A stretch of 58,850 nucleotides of DNA from Thermoanaerobaculia bacterium. GTDB taxonomy: Bacteria; Acidobacteriota; Thermoanaerobaculia; UBA5066. Position 1 is the first letter of the stretch. The number at the start of each line of letters is the position of its first letter. This document shows, in pieces, positions 44,384 through 53,337 of the stretch. The translations under genes and the position numbers were made by a program. The notes under the pieces were generated by a model. The model was not told the DNA's origin. It worked only from the letters and a program-made list of their open reading frames with translations, and ran no database searches. The stretch lies in the NCBI GenBank assembly GCA_041495865.1, contig JBGQDL010000002.1:1-58850 (forward strand), written 5' to 3'.

Positions 44384-45304
44384 TCACGTGCGCGTTTTCA
44401 CGACGATCTCGGCGGGCTGCCCCGCCACGTAGCGGAGCGAGCACTCGGCGAAGCCCTCGCACTTCACACAGATCCCGTCGCGGTCCCCCTTGAAGTCGAT
44501 GGGCTTGCACACGTTCACGCCGGGCACCACGAGCTTCGAGAGCTCGGCCGCGAACTCGCGCTGGCGCGGCGGCGGGTCGCCGCCTCCCTGCATCGCCCGG
44601 CGGAGATCCTCGACCTTCGGGAACAGCTCGCGGTTGCGGCGCTCGAGCGCCGCGTCCTCGCGCAGGGCGCCGGCGCTCTTCACGGCGACCACCGCCAGCT
44701 TCGCGGCTTTCTTCGCCTTGTACCCGCCCTGGTGCCGGATCCAGAAGAAGAGAAACCCGGCCCCGGCGCCCGCCACGCTCGTGAAACCCGCGCCAGGCCG
44801 CCCCGCCAGCGTCGCTTGCAGGAGGCCCCAGGCGAGGCCCGCCGCTGCCAGCCACGCGAGCCACTTCACCTTCACGGGGATCACGAAGAAAATCAGGAAC
44901 TGCATGTCGGGAAAGAGGTACGCGTACGCGAAGAGCATCGACGCGCTCGTCAGCACGCCTCCCGACAGCAGCGCGTTCCCCGTGACGAGCGCCGCGAGCG
45001 AGGCCCCGAGCGTCGAGATCAGCCAGAACACGGTGAACTCGCCGGTTCCCCATTCCGCCTCCAGCGCGGAGCCGAGGATGTAGAGGACGAGCGTCCCGAA
45101 GAAAAGCCCGAAGGGCTCCCCGTGCAGAAACTGGTACGTCACGAAGGTCCACGGCCTCTCGAGCGCCGCCGGCGGGAGGAATCCGAACAGCGTGAACGTC
45201 TTCTCGGGATCCATCTTCGAGAGGAAGAAGAAGATGAAGTGGAGGCTGCAAAGAGGCAGCGTGAGCCCGAGCTTCGGCGCAAAGAGGTCGTCGCGGCCCC
45301 TCAT
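44384..45304 (-). CDS. rhomboid-fold membrane protein with C-terminal Cys-rich tail
   Basis: WTFVTYQFLHGEP...YILGSALEAEWG...LLSGGV... is a rhomboid-like topology. ATG at 45304 overlaps the mutL TGA (ATGA). The tail is CKPIDFKGDRDGICVKCEGFAEC. Confidence 0.7.
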   Translation of the reverse strand: MRGRDDLFAPKLGLTLPLCSLHFIFFFLSKMDPEKTFTLFGFLPPAALERPWTFVTYQFLHGEPFGLFFGTLVLYILGSALEAEWGTGEFTVFWLISTLGASLAALVTGNALLSGGVLTSASMLFAYAYLFPDMQFLIFFVIPVKVKWLAWLAAAGLAWGLLQATLAGRPGAGFTSVAGAGAGFLFFWIRHQGGYKAKKAAKLAVVAVKSAGALREDAALERRNRELFPKVEDLRRAMQGGGDPPPRQREFAAELSKLVVPGVNVCKPIDFKGDRDGICVKCEGFAECSLRYVAGQPAEIVVKTRT

Positions 45305-47148
45305 CCGCGCCGCCCGAATCGCTTCTCGAGCTCCTCGTGCGGGAAGGCGAGGAGGATGGGCCGTCCATGCGGGCAGGTCCACGGATCGCGGCACGCGGCG
45401 AGATCGGCCAGGAGCCGCACGGCCTCGGCGGGCGCGAGGCGGTGGTTCACGGTGATCGCGCCGCGGCAGGCGAGAGACGCCGCGAGAACCTCGCGCCGCA
45501 GCGCGGGCGAGGGCGGGGAACCCTCGGGCAGGGCCGCAAGGCGCGCGAGATAGTCGCGGAGAGCCGGGAGAACCGAGGAGGCCGGCGTCTCGGATGGCGC
45601 CGCCGAGACGAGGAACGTGCGAGTGGACAGCTCCGACACCGAGAAGCCCGCGTCCGAAAGGAGAGCGTCGGAGTCCGAGAGGAGCGCCGCCTCGAGGGGT
45701 GACGCCTCGAAGACGGCCGGCGAGAGCAGGCTCTGCGAGGCGGGCGCGGCGGACTCGAGGCGCGCGAGGAAGCGCTCGTACCGCACGCGCTCGTGCGCGA
45801 CGTGCTGGTCGACGAGGACGAGGCCTTCCTCGCCCTCGGCGACGAGGAACGAGTCGCGATACTGGCCGAGGAGGCGGAGAGGGCCGACGGGAGAAGAGGA
45901 AAAAGAAGAAGAGAAGATTTCTTGTGAATAGGAAGAGGGAGACGGGCCGATCGCGCGCGCTTCGAGGAGCGTTCCGGCGCTCGCATCGGGGCCCGCGCCG
46001 TAATGCGCGGCGCCCGAGGCCGCGCCGTAGCGAGCCGCCCCCTCGCCAAGCTCAGACGCACCCCGCCACCCAATCCCCCTTTCTAAGAAATCTCTCTTTC
46101 TCTCTCTTTCTTCTCCTGGGCCACCCCAGAACACATCCCCCCCGACCGCCACCGCGCCCTTCCCCCCCGTGAGGGCGTGGACGAGGCCGCGGTGAACGAG
46201 CGTGTGCACGGCGTTCGGGTCGCGAAAGCGGACCTCCAGCTTCTGCGGGTGCACGTTCACGTCGCACAGCTCGGGGGCGCACGTGAGAAACAGCGCGAAC
46301 CCCGCGTGGCGGTCCGAGCGCAGCACCTCGCGCGTCGCGACCGCCACGGCATGCGCCACGGTCGCGTCCCGGATGGAGCGGCCGTTCACGAAGAACCACT
46401 GGTGCGCCCGCGAAGGGAACGTCGTGTCCGGTTGCGTGACGGCGCCCGCCAGCGTCATCCCGCCCAGGGTGAAGTCCAGGTCCCGCGGAGGCGCCGCCGC
46501 CATGATCCCGAGGACCTCGCGGAACCGCGCCGCCACGCCGCTCGCGGCGGGGAGTTCGAGAAGCAGCCGAGGCCCCGCGCGCAGCGTGAACGCGACGTCC
46601 GGACGCGACAGGGAGAGCGCCGTGACCGCCTTCACGACCGCGCGCAGCTCGGCTTCCGCGCTCTTCAGGAACTTGCGGCGTGCCGGGACGTTTCCGAAGA
46701 GGTCCTCCACGACGACGCGCGTGCCCTTCGGATGGCGCGCGGGCGAAACGCGCGGGGGCGCGCCGCGTCCGGCGATCACCTCGGTCCCGAGTCCCGACTC
46801 GTCGGGCGACGTCGTGAGGACGAGGCGCGAGACGGAAGCGATGGAGGGCAGAGCCTCGCCGCGGAAGCCCATCGTGCCGATCCGGGTCAGCTCCTCGAAC
46901 GTGCGGAGCTTCGAGGTCGCATGCCGTTCGAGGGCCAGCCGCGCGTCCTCCCGAGACATCCCCGAGCCGTCGTCGACGACCTCGAGCCGCGCGACGCCGC
47001 CGCCCTCCACGTCGATCGAAATGCGCCGGGCGCCGGCGTCGAGCGCGTTCTCCACCAGCTCCTTGGCGGCGGACGCGGGGCGCTCCACGACCTCGCCGGC
47101 GGCGATCTGGTTCACGAGCGCTTCGGGGAGGACCTGGATCGCGGTCAC
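45301..47148 (-). CDS. mutL: DNA mismatch repair protein MutL
   Basis: QIAAGEVVERPASAAKELVENALDAG is a GHKL ATPase N-terminus. The C-terminal dimerisation domain has QHVAHERVRYE and CPHGRP. Confidence 0.9.
   Translation of the reverse strand: MTAIQVLPEALVNQIAAGEVVERPASAAKELVENALDAGARRISIDVEGGGVARLEVVDDGSGMSREDARLALERHATSKLRTFEELTRIGTMGFRGEALPSIASVSRLVLTTSPDESGLGTEVIAGRGAPPRVSPARHPKGTRVVVEDLFGNVPARRKFLKSAEAELRAVVKAVTALSLSRPDVAFTLRAGPRLLLELPAASGVAARFREVLGIMAAAPPRDLDFTLGGMTLAGAVTQPDTTFPSRAHQWFFVNGRSIRDATVAHAVAVATREVLRSDRHAGFALFLTCAPELCDVNVHPQKLEVRFRDPNAVHTLVHRGLVHALTGGKGAVAVGGDVFWGGPGEERERKRDFLERGIGWRGASELGEGAARYGAASGAAHYGAGPDASAGTLLEARAIGPSPSSYSQEIFSSSFSSSPVGPLRLLGQYRDSFLVAEGEEGLVLVDQHVAHERVRYERFLARLESAAPASQSLLSPAVFEASPLEAALLSDSDALLSDAGFSVSELSTRTFLVSAAPSETPASSVLPALRDYLARLAALPEGSPPSPALRREVLAASLACRGAITVNHRLAPAEAVRLLADLAACRDPWTCPHGRPILLAFPHEELEKRFGRRG
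45889..45928 (+). repeat. 29-nt polypurine tract followed by TTTCTTGTGAA (arm A of an imperfect inverted repeat inside mutL)
   Basis: The tract reads gggagaagaggaaaaagaagaagagaagatttcttgtgaa, read directly from the sequence. Confidence 0.6.
46080..46117 (+). repeat. TTTCTAAGAAA followed by a 27-nt polypyrimidine tract (arm B, inverted relative to arm A)
   Basis: The tract reads tttctaagaaatctctctttctctctctttcttctcct, read directly from the sequence. Confidence 0.6.
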
Positions 47149-47212
47149 GCCGGGATGTTAGAACGAGATCGCCGCGCGAAACCGCCTCCTCGGGGCGCCG
47201 TATCATCCGGAC

Positions 47213-47413
47213 ATGGGCCAAGGTTCGACCGGAAATGTGATCGCCGCGCTGGTGAGCTTCTTCATTCCCGGGCTCGGGCAGCTCATCCAGGGACGCGTCC
47301 TGGCGGCGCTCGGCTTCTTCATCCTGTCCGGTTTTCTCTGGTTCTTCCTGCTCGGTTGGGTCGGACACGTCCTCGCCACGATCGACGCCGCGATCTGGAA
47401 GCCCAAGAGCTGA
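47213..47413 (+). CDS. small two-TM membrane protein
   Basis: 66 aa. FIPGLGQLIQGR is similar to the IIPGMGHLYLG motif of the 43251 protein. Confidence 0.55.
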   Translation: MGQGSTGNVIAALVSFFIPGLGQLIQGRVLAALGFFILSGFLWFFLLGWVGHVLATIDAAIWKPKS

Positions 47414-47421
47414 GGGCCCGC

Positions 47422-48819
47422 TCAGCGCCCCCTGATCGCCCTCTCCACGTCCGCGATCTCCCTCGGCGCCGCGCACGAGAGGCAATCGGGCCCTTTGTCC
47501 GTGACGAGGACGTCGTCCTCGATCCGCACGCCGAGGTTCCACCACTTCGGGTCCACGCCCTCGCTGTTCCCGGGAATGTAGATGCCGGGTTCGACGGTGA
47601 GCACCATGCCCGGCTTCAGCTTCGCCATGGACGTCGAGTAGCGCGTCCAGCGATCCGTCGGGTCCGCGATCTCGTAGCTTCCCGCGTCGTGCACGTCGAG
47701 GCCCAGCCAGTGAGACGTGCCGTGCGGGAAGAACGCCGTGTAGGAGCGGGACTTCAGGATCTCCTCGCGCGTCCCTTTCACGAACCCGAGCTTGACGAGG
47801 CCGTCCACGACGACGGTCAGCGCGGCGTCGTGGACGTCGCGGTGCGCGGCGCCCACGACCGCCTTCGCGATCGCGGCCTTCTGGGCCGCGAGGACGATCT
47901 CGTAGAGCGCGCGCTGCTCGGGAGAGAACGTCCCGTCAACGGGATAGCTGCGTGTCACGTCGGCGGCATAGAGGCCGTACTCGCAGGCCGTGTCGTTCAC
48001 GATCATCTCGCCCGAGAGCATCGGGCGGGTCGCGTCCGCGTAGTGGAGGATGACCGAGTTCGGCCCCGAGCCCACGATGGGCGCATAGGCCATGCGCCCC
48101 GAGCCGCCCTCGAGACAGCGCTCGACCATCGCGCCCTTGAGGACGCCCTCGTTCACGCCCGGCCGCGTAAGGGAGAGCGCCCCGCGGTGCGCGTCGACCG
48201 AGAGCCTCGCGGCCTCGCGCAGGTTCGCGATCTCGGTCGCGTCCTTCACGAGGCGCATTTGCCCGACGAGCGGCGAAGCGTCGAGGGCCGGGAGCGGCTC
48301 CACGCCCGCCGCGGCGAAAGCCTGCCACGCCGTGATCAGCTTTTCGCGGAAGTCCCGGTCGCGCCCGTCGAGGTAGAAGAGCGCCTTCGCTCCCGCGAAG
48401 AGCGACCGGGATTCGTTCTGGAAATCGGCCACGGGATACGCCGCGTCCGCCCGGAATTCCGACTTCGCGCCTTCGACGCCGGCGCGCCGCCCCGTCCAGC
48501 GCTCTTCGGTCCAGTTCTTCGGCCTGACGAACAGCGTGTAGCGTTTCCCATCCGCCGCGCCCGGCCGGAACACCGCGATCGCGTCCGGCTCGGAAAAGCC
48601 CGTGAGGTACCAGAAGCTCGAATCAGGGCGGTACGCGTCGAGGAGATCCGCGGCGGGCTCCGACGGGGCGCGCAGAACTACGACCGCATCCGGCGGCAGC
48701 CTCGCGGCCAGCGCCGCGCGATGCGAACCGAACCAGTCCTGACCCGGCGCGGGCGGCCCGGCCGCGGCGAAGGCGGACGAGCAGGCGGCTAGGGCGACGA
48801 GGAGCGTCGGGATGCGCAT
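47422..48819 (-). CDS. secreted Xaa-Pro aminopeptidase (M24B)
   Basis: ATG at 48819 follows GGAGG. The signal peptide is MRIPTLLVALAACSSAFA. YAADVTRSYP, HGTSHWLGLDVHD and EPGIY..., plus VRIEDDV, give the metal ligand pattern. Confidence 0.85.
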   Translation of the reverse strand: MRIPTLLVALAACSSAFAAAGPPAPGQDWFGSHRAALAARLPPDAVVVLRAPSEPAADLLDAYRPDSSFWYLTGFSEPDAIAVFRPGAADGKRYTLFVRPKNWTEERWTGRRAGVEGAKSEFRADAAYPVADFQNESRSLFAGAKALFYLDGRDRDFREKLITAWQAFAAAGVEPLPALDASPLVGQMRLVKDATEIANLREAARLSVDAHRGALSLTRPGVNEGVLKGAMVERCLEGGSGRMAYAPIVGSGPNSVILHYADATRPMLSGEMIVNDTACEYGLYAADVTRSYPVDGTFSPEQRALYEIVLAAQKAAIAKAVVGAAHRDVHDAALTVVVDGLVKLGFVKGTREEILKSRSYTAFFPHGTSHWLGLDVHDAGSYEIADPTDRWTRYSTSMAKLKPGMVLTVEPGIYIPGNSEGVDPKWWNLGVRIEDDVLVTDKGPDCLSCAAPREIADVERAIRGR

Positions 48820-48981
48820 GAGGCCTCCGAGGCGGCGGAAGTGTACCGGCAGGGGGCGCCCGGGGGCCGAAGGCCGTTGCGAACGAGACTCCGTTGCGCT
48901 GCGGCCCCGACGGGAATAGGCTTGCTCGCCTTGGACCCCGCCGCGGAGGATTTTTCTCGGAACATCTCTCAAGGAGGTCTT

Positions 48982-50490
48982 ATGTCAGCCGCCGTTTCTC
49001 CCGTCACGATCGATCCGCGAGTCAGCGACTTCATTGCCAGGCCGCGCCAGATGCTCATCGACGGCCGGTGGGCGAACGCCGAGTCCGGCAAGACGTTCCC
49101 GACCTACAACCCCGCGACAGGAGACGTCCTGGCGAAGATCGCGGAAGGCGATCGCGCGGACGTCGACGCGGCCGTCCGAGCGGCGCGCAAGGCCTTCGAA
49201 AGCGGTCCCTGGCCGCGCATGACCGCTTCCGAACGCGGGCGGCTGATGTGGAAACTGTCCGACCTGATCGAAGCGCACACGGAAGAGTTCGCGACTCTGG
49301 AGTCGCTCGACAACGGCAAGCCGCTCGCCATCGCTCGGGCGGCGGACGTCCCATTGGCCGTCGATCTGTTTCGCTACATGGCGGGTTGGGCGACCAAGCT
49401 GGAAGGGACGACCATCCCGCTTTCGGTGCCTTACACGCCGGGCGCGAAGTACCTGGCCTACACGCTGCGGGAGCCCGTCGGCGTGGTCGCCCAGATCATC
49501 CCGTGGAACTTCCCGCTGCTGATGGCGGCCTGGAAGCTGGGGCCGGCGCTGGCGGCGGGAAACACGGTCATCCTCAAGCCGGCCGAGCAGACCCCGCTCT
49601 CCGCTCTGCTGCTGGGTCAGCTCATCATGGAAGCCGGGTTCCCCAACGGCGTCGTGAACATCGTCCCCGGATACGGAGAGACCGCCGGCGCGGCGCTCGC
49701 GGCGCACGACGGCGTCGACAAGGTGGCGTTCACCGGCTCGACCGAAGTCGGCAAGCTCATCGTGCACGCGGCGGCGGGCAACCTGAAGAAAGTCTCGCTC
49801 GAGCTGGGCGGGAAGTCGCCGAATGTCGTCTTCAAGGACGCCGACATGGACACGGCGATCGCCGGATCGGCGAGCGCCATCTTCTTCAACCACGGACAGT
49901 GCTGCTGCGCCGGATCGCGTCTCTACGTCGAGCGTCCGGCCTTCGACCGCGTGGTCGAGGGCGTCGTGGCCGAGGCGAAGAAGATCAAGGTCGGATCGGG
50001 ACTCGAGCCTGACACGAGCATGGGCCCGATGGTTTCCGAGGAGCAGCAGCGGCGCGTGTGCGGCTACCTGGAAAGCGGCATATCCGAAGGCGCCAGGGCC
50101 GTGACCGGCGGAAAGAAGATCGGCGGCAAGGGATACTTCGTCGAGCCGACCGTGCTCGTCAACACGACCGAGAACATGAAGGTCGTGAAGGAAGAGATCT
50201 TCGGACCGGTCGTGACGGCGATCCCGTTCGACAATCCCGAAGAGCTGACGCCCCGGGCCAACGACAGCGTCTACGGCCTCGCGGCGGGCATCTGGACGAA
50301 GGACATCTCCAAGGCCCACCAGCTCGCGGCATCGCTCAGGGCCGGGACGGTCTGGATCAACTGCTACAACATCTTCGACGCGGCGCTCCCCTTCGGCGGC
50401 TTCAAGCAGTCGGGCTGGGGACGCGAGATGGGTAAGGATGCCTTCGAGCTCTACACGCAAACCAAAGCGGTGTGCACGCGGATCCAGTAG
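48982..50490 (+). CDS. NAD(P)-dependent aldehyde dehydrogenase
   Basis: AGGAGG lies upstream of the ATG at 48982. FTGSTEVGK, ELGGKSP and the catalytic Cys region GQCCCAGSR are present. Confidence 0.9.
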   Translation: MSAAVSPVTIDPRVSDFIARPRQMLIDGRWANAESGKTFPTYNPATGDVLAKIAEGDRADVDAAVRAARKAFESGPWPRMTASERGRLMWKLSDLIEAHTEEFATLESLDNGKPLAIARAADVPLAVDLFRYMAGWATKLEGTTIPLSVPYTPGAKYLAYTLREPVGVVAQIIPWNFPLLMAAWKLGPALAAGNTVILKPAEQTPLSALLLGQLIMEAGFPNGVVNIVPGYGETAGAALAAHDGVDKVAFTGSTEVGKLIVHAAAGNLKKVSLELGGKSPNVVFKDADMDTAIAGSASAIFFNHGQCCCAGSRLYVERPAFDRVVEGVVAEAKKIKVGSGLEPDTSMGPMVSEEQQRRVCGYLESGISEGARAVTGGKKIGGKGYFVEPTVLVNTTENMKVVKEEIFGPVVTAIPFDNPEELTPRANDSVYGLAAGIWTKDISKAHQLAASLRAGTVWINCYNIFDAALPFGGFKQSGWGREMGKDAFELYTQTKAVCTRIQ

Positions 50491-50502
50491 CGAGCTCGAC
50501 CG

Positions 50503-51048
50503 CTAGGCCGGCGACGCCCGGTCAGCAGAAAGTTCGGCTGCTGACCGGGCAAGCGCTGAGAGTACCGACCGCAGGCGCGCCGAGAGGTCCGGATCCGAGG
50601 CGATGCCAGGGGCATCGAGCTTGCGGCCCGTGAGGGGCAGTGACGCCTGCTCGACGATCCTGCCGCCCATGACGCGAAGTGTCTCGACGAGGGCCGCATG
50701 CGCGATGCTCGCTCGTGGCGTCGCGTTGATGACCGCGATGGGCTTTCCGACGATCTCGACGCCGCCGACGAGCCAGTCGAGCGCGTTCTTCAGAACGCCC
50801 GACACCCCGTGAGCGTACTCGGGACTCGAGATGACAAGAGCGTCGCTGAGGCGAATGCGGGAACGCCACGCCTCGATGGCGGGAGGTGGCCCGGCTTCTT
50901 CGATGTCGGGGTTGAAGAAGGGCAGGGAGTCGAGGGGAGGATGAAGAACCACCTCGATCTCCGCCGGCGCAACGATGCGAAGGGCGCGGAGGACGTTCGT
51001 GTTCGACGAAGCCAGACGAAGACTCCCGGAAACCGCGAGTATGTTCAC
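50503..51048 (-). CDS. NAD(P)H-dependent FMN reductase family oxidoreductase
   Basis: ILAVSGSLRLASSN...LVISSPEYAHGVSGVLKNALDW is present. GTG start. Confidence 0.85.
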   Translation of the reverse strand: MNILAVSGSLRLASSNTNVLRALRIVAPAEIEVVLHPPLDSLPFFNPDIEEAGPPPAIEAWRSRIRLSDALVISSPEYAHGVSGVLKNALDWLVGGVEIVGKPIAVINATPRASIAHAALVETLRVMGGRIVEQASLPLTGRKLDAPGIASDPDLSARLRSVLSALARSAAELSADRASPA

Positions 51049-51072
51049 GGGTCCCCCAGCGGGCTCTCGCGT

Positions 51073-52410
51073 TCAGAGCTTCCGATGCCGGAACGGGCGG
51101 GCGTCTTTCCCGCTGTACGTCGCCACGATCTGGCCGCTGCCCCTGAGCAGGTATTTGTACGTGGCGAGCCCGTCGAGGCCCACGGGGCCGCGGGCGTGGA
51201 TACGGCTCGTCGAAATACCGACCTCCGCGCCGAAGCCGTAGCGGAAGCCGTCAGCGAAGCGCGTGGAGGCGTTGTGGAAGACGCCGGCCGCGTCCACGCG
51301 AGAGAGGAACGCCTCGGCGGCGGCCTCGTCGGCGGTGACGATGGCCTCCGTGTGGTGAGAGCCGTGGCGGTTCACGTGCTCCACGGCCTCGTCGAGCGAC
51401 TCCACGAGCTTGACGGACAGGATCGGCCCGCCGTACTCCGTCCGCCAGTCTTCCTCCGTAGCGGGCGCGAGTTCGAGTGATGGCGCCAGGGCTTGCGTCC
51501 TCCCGCAGGCGCGGATCTCCACGCCTGCCTGAACGAGCCGGCCGAGCAGCGGGACTGCAAAGCGCACCGCCGCGTCGCGGTGGATGAGAAGCGTCTCGGC
51601 GGCGTTGCACGCGGCCGGGTACTGGAGCTTGCTGTCGAGAACGATCTCCGTCGCCATCGCCTCGTCCGCTGCGCGATCCACATAGACGTGACAGACGCCC
51701 TCGGCGTGGCCGAGGACGGGGATGCGGGTCGCCGCCTTCACGTGCCTGACGAGGTCGTACCCGCCCCGCGGGATGACGAGGTCGATGTGCTCGTCGAGCG
51801 CGAGGAGCGCATCCACCTCGGCGCGGCCCGCCACGGAGGAGAGCGCGCCTTCGGGGATCTCGGGGAAAGACGCGACAGCTTTGGCGAAGACGTCGAGGAG
51901 AGCCGCCGTGGAGCAAGCCGACTCGCGCCCGCCCTTCAGGATCGCCGCGTTGCCCGACTTGAGCGCCAGCGACCCGATCTGCGTGACCGCGTCGGGACGC
52001 GACTCGAAGATGACGAGGAGGACGCCCAGGGGACAGGTCACCTTCTCCAGGACGAGGCCGTCGTCGAGGAGCGTGCGCGAGAGGACGCGGCCGGAGGGGT
52101 CGGGCAGCTCGGCCACGGCGCGCACGCCATCGGCCATCGTCCGCAGCTTCACGTCGTCGAGAACAAGGCGGTCGAGGAGAGACCCCGAGAGAGAGATTTC
52201 TTCGAAGGTGGTGCGGGCCTCGAGCACGTCCGCGCGGTTCGCCTCGAGAATTGCGTCTCGCGCCGCCTCGATCCCGTCGGCGACCCTTCGAAGGACGAGG
52301 TTCTTGGTCTCGGAAGACACCGTCGCGAGCCTCCGCGCGGCCTCCCGTGCACGCTTCGCGATCTCGACCGGCCCCAAGTTCCTTTCTAAGAAATCTTTCT
52401 CCTGAGTCAT
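51073..52410 (-). CDS. proA: glutamate-5-semialdehyde dehydrogenase
   Basis: 445 aa. ...NASTRFADGFRYGFGAEVGISTSRIHARGPVGL is a canonical ProA C-terminus. Confidence 0.95.
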   Translation of the reverse strand: MTQEKDFLERNLGPVEIAKRAREAARRLATVSSETKNLVLRRVADGIEAARDAILEANRADVLEARTTFEEISLSGSLLDRLVLDDVKLRTMADGVRAVAELPDPSGRVLSRTLLDDGLVLEKVTCPLGVLLVIFESRPDAVTQIGSLALKSGNAAILKGGRESACSTAALLDVFAKAVASFPEIPEGALSSVAGRAEVDALLALDEHIDLVIPRGGYDLVRHVKAATRIPVLGHAEGVCHVYVDRAADEAMATEIVLDSKLQYPAACNAAETLLIHRDAAVRFAVPLLGRLVQAGVEIRACGRTQALAPSLELAPATEEDWRTEYGGPILSVKLVESLDEAVEHVNRHGSHHTEAIVTADEAAAEAFLSRVDAAGVFHNASTRFADGFRYGFGAEVGISTSRIHARGPVGLDGLATYKYLLRGSGQIVATYSGKDARPFRHRKL

Positions 52411-53255
52411 CGATCTTTCGCCCCGGCCTTCGGACCGAACACGGTACCGACGGCCTCTCCCGCTAAGAGCCGGTCGAGGACTCCGGGCGTCCGGCCGTTC
52501 GCGATGACCGCGACGCCGCCCGAGGCCGTCGCGATCCTCGCTGCGTCCAGTTTCGAGGCCATGCCGCCGCGGCCGCGCCCGCTTCCGCCGTCGGCATACC
52601 GCGCGATCTCTTCCGTGATCTCCCGGACGAACGGGATGAGCGTGGCCGCGCGGTCGTGCGCCGGGTTGCCCGTGAAGAGGCCGTCCACGTCGGAGAGGAT
52701 GACGAGGACGTCCGCCCTCACTTTGCTCATGACGAGCGCCGAGAGCCGGTCGTTGTCACCGAAGAGGCCGCGGGCGCCCTTGCCCTCGGGCGACTCCAGC
52801 TCCAGCGTCGAGACCGTGTCGTTCTCGTTCAGGATCGGCACGGCATCCAGCTCGAAGAGCTTCTCGAGCGTCGCCGAGAGATTCTGAAAACGCGTCCGGT
52901 CGGTGAAGTCGTCTTCGGTGAGCAGGACCTGCGCGGTGAGAAGGCCCATCTTCTCGAAGCCCTCTTCGTACACGGACATCAGCCGGCTCTGCCCGATGGC
53001 GGCGCAGGCCTGCTTGAGGGTGAGCGAGCCCGGTTTCTTTTCCAGGCGCAGCCGTTGCGCCCCGAGTCCCACGGCGCCCGAAGAGACGATCAGAACGTGC
53101 CGCCCCTGCTTCTTCAGGCTCCCGACGGACTCGATGAGCCCGTACAGGCGCCCCAGCGCGACCGCGCCGTCGTCGCGCATGATCACGTTCGTCCCGGCCT
53201 TCACGACGATCCGCCTCGCCGCGGCCACGCGCTGCCGTATCCGCGCCTCGTCCAT
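52407..53255 (-). CDS. proB: glutamate 5-kinase (no PUA domain)
   Basis: IVVKAGTNVI...VSSGAVGLG...NENDTVS...GDNDRLSA is present. ATGA overlap with proA. Confidence 0.9.
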   Translation of the reverse strand: MDEARIRQRVAAARRIVVKAGTNVIMRDDGAVALGRLYGLIESVGSLKKQGRHVLIVSSGAVGLGAQRLRLEKKPGSLTLKQACAAIGQSRLMSVYEEGFEKMGLLTAQVLLTEDDFTDRTRFQNLSATLEKLFELDAVPILNENDTVSTLELESPEGKGARGLFGDNDRLSALVMSKVRADVLVILSDVDGLFTGNPAHDRAATLIPFVREITEEIARYADGGSGRGRGGMASKLDAARIATASGGVAVIANGRTPGVLDRLLAGEAVGTVFGPKAGAKDR

Positions 53256-53337
53256 CCGGGGATTGTAGGGGCCTCGAGCGAGGGAAATGGGCGAACTTTC
53301 GTGCCGGGCCTCCGTATATGCGGGAGAGAGGTCCCGT

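Noticed and set aside
46177-48792. 871-aa plus-strand ORF across mutL and pepP
   Set aside because: It is antisense to two genes with strong motifs, and its composition is Arg/Asp/Gly low complexity.
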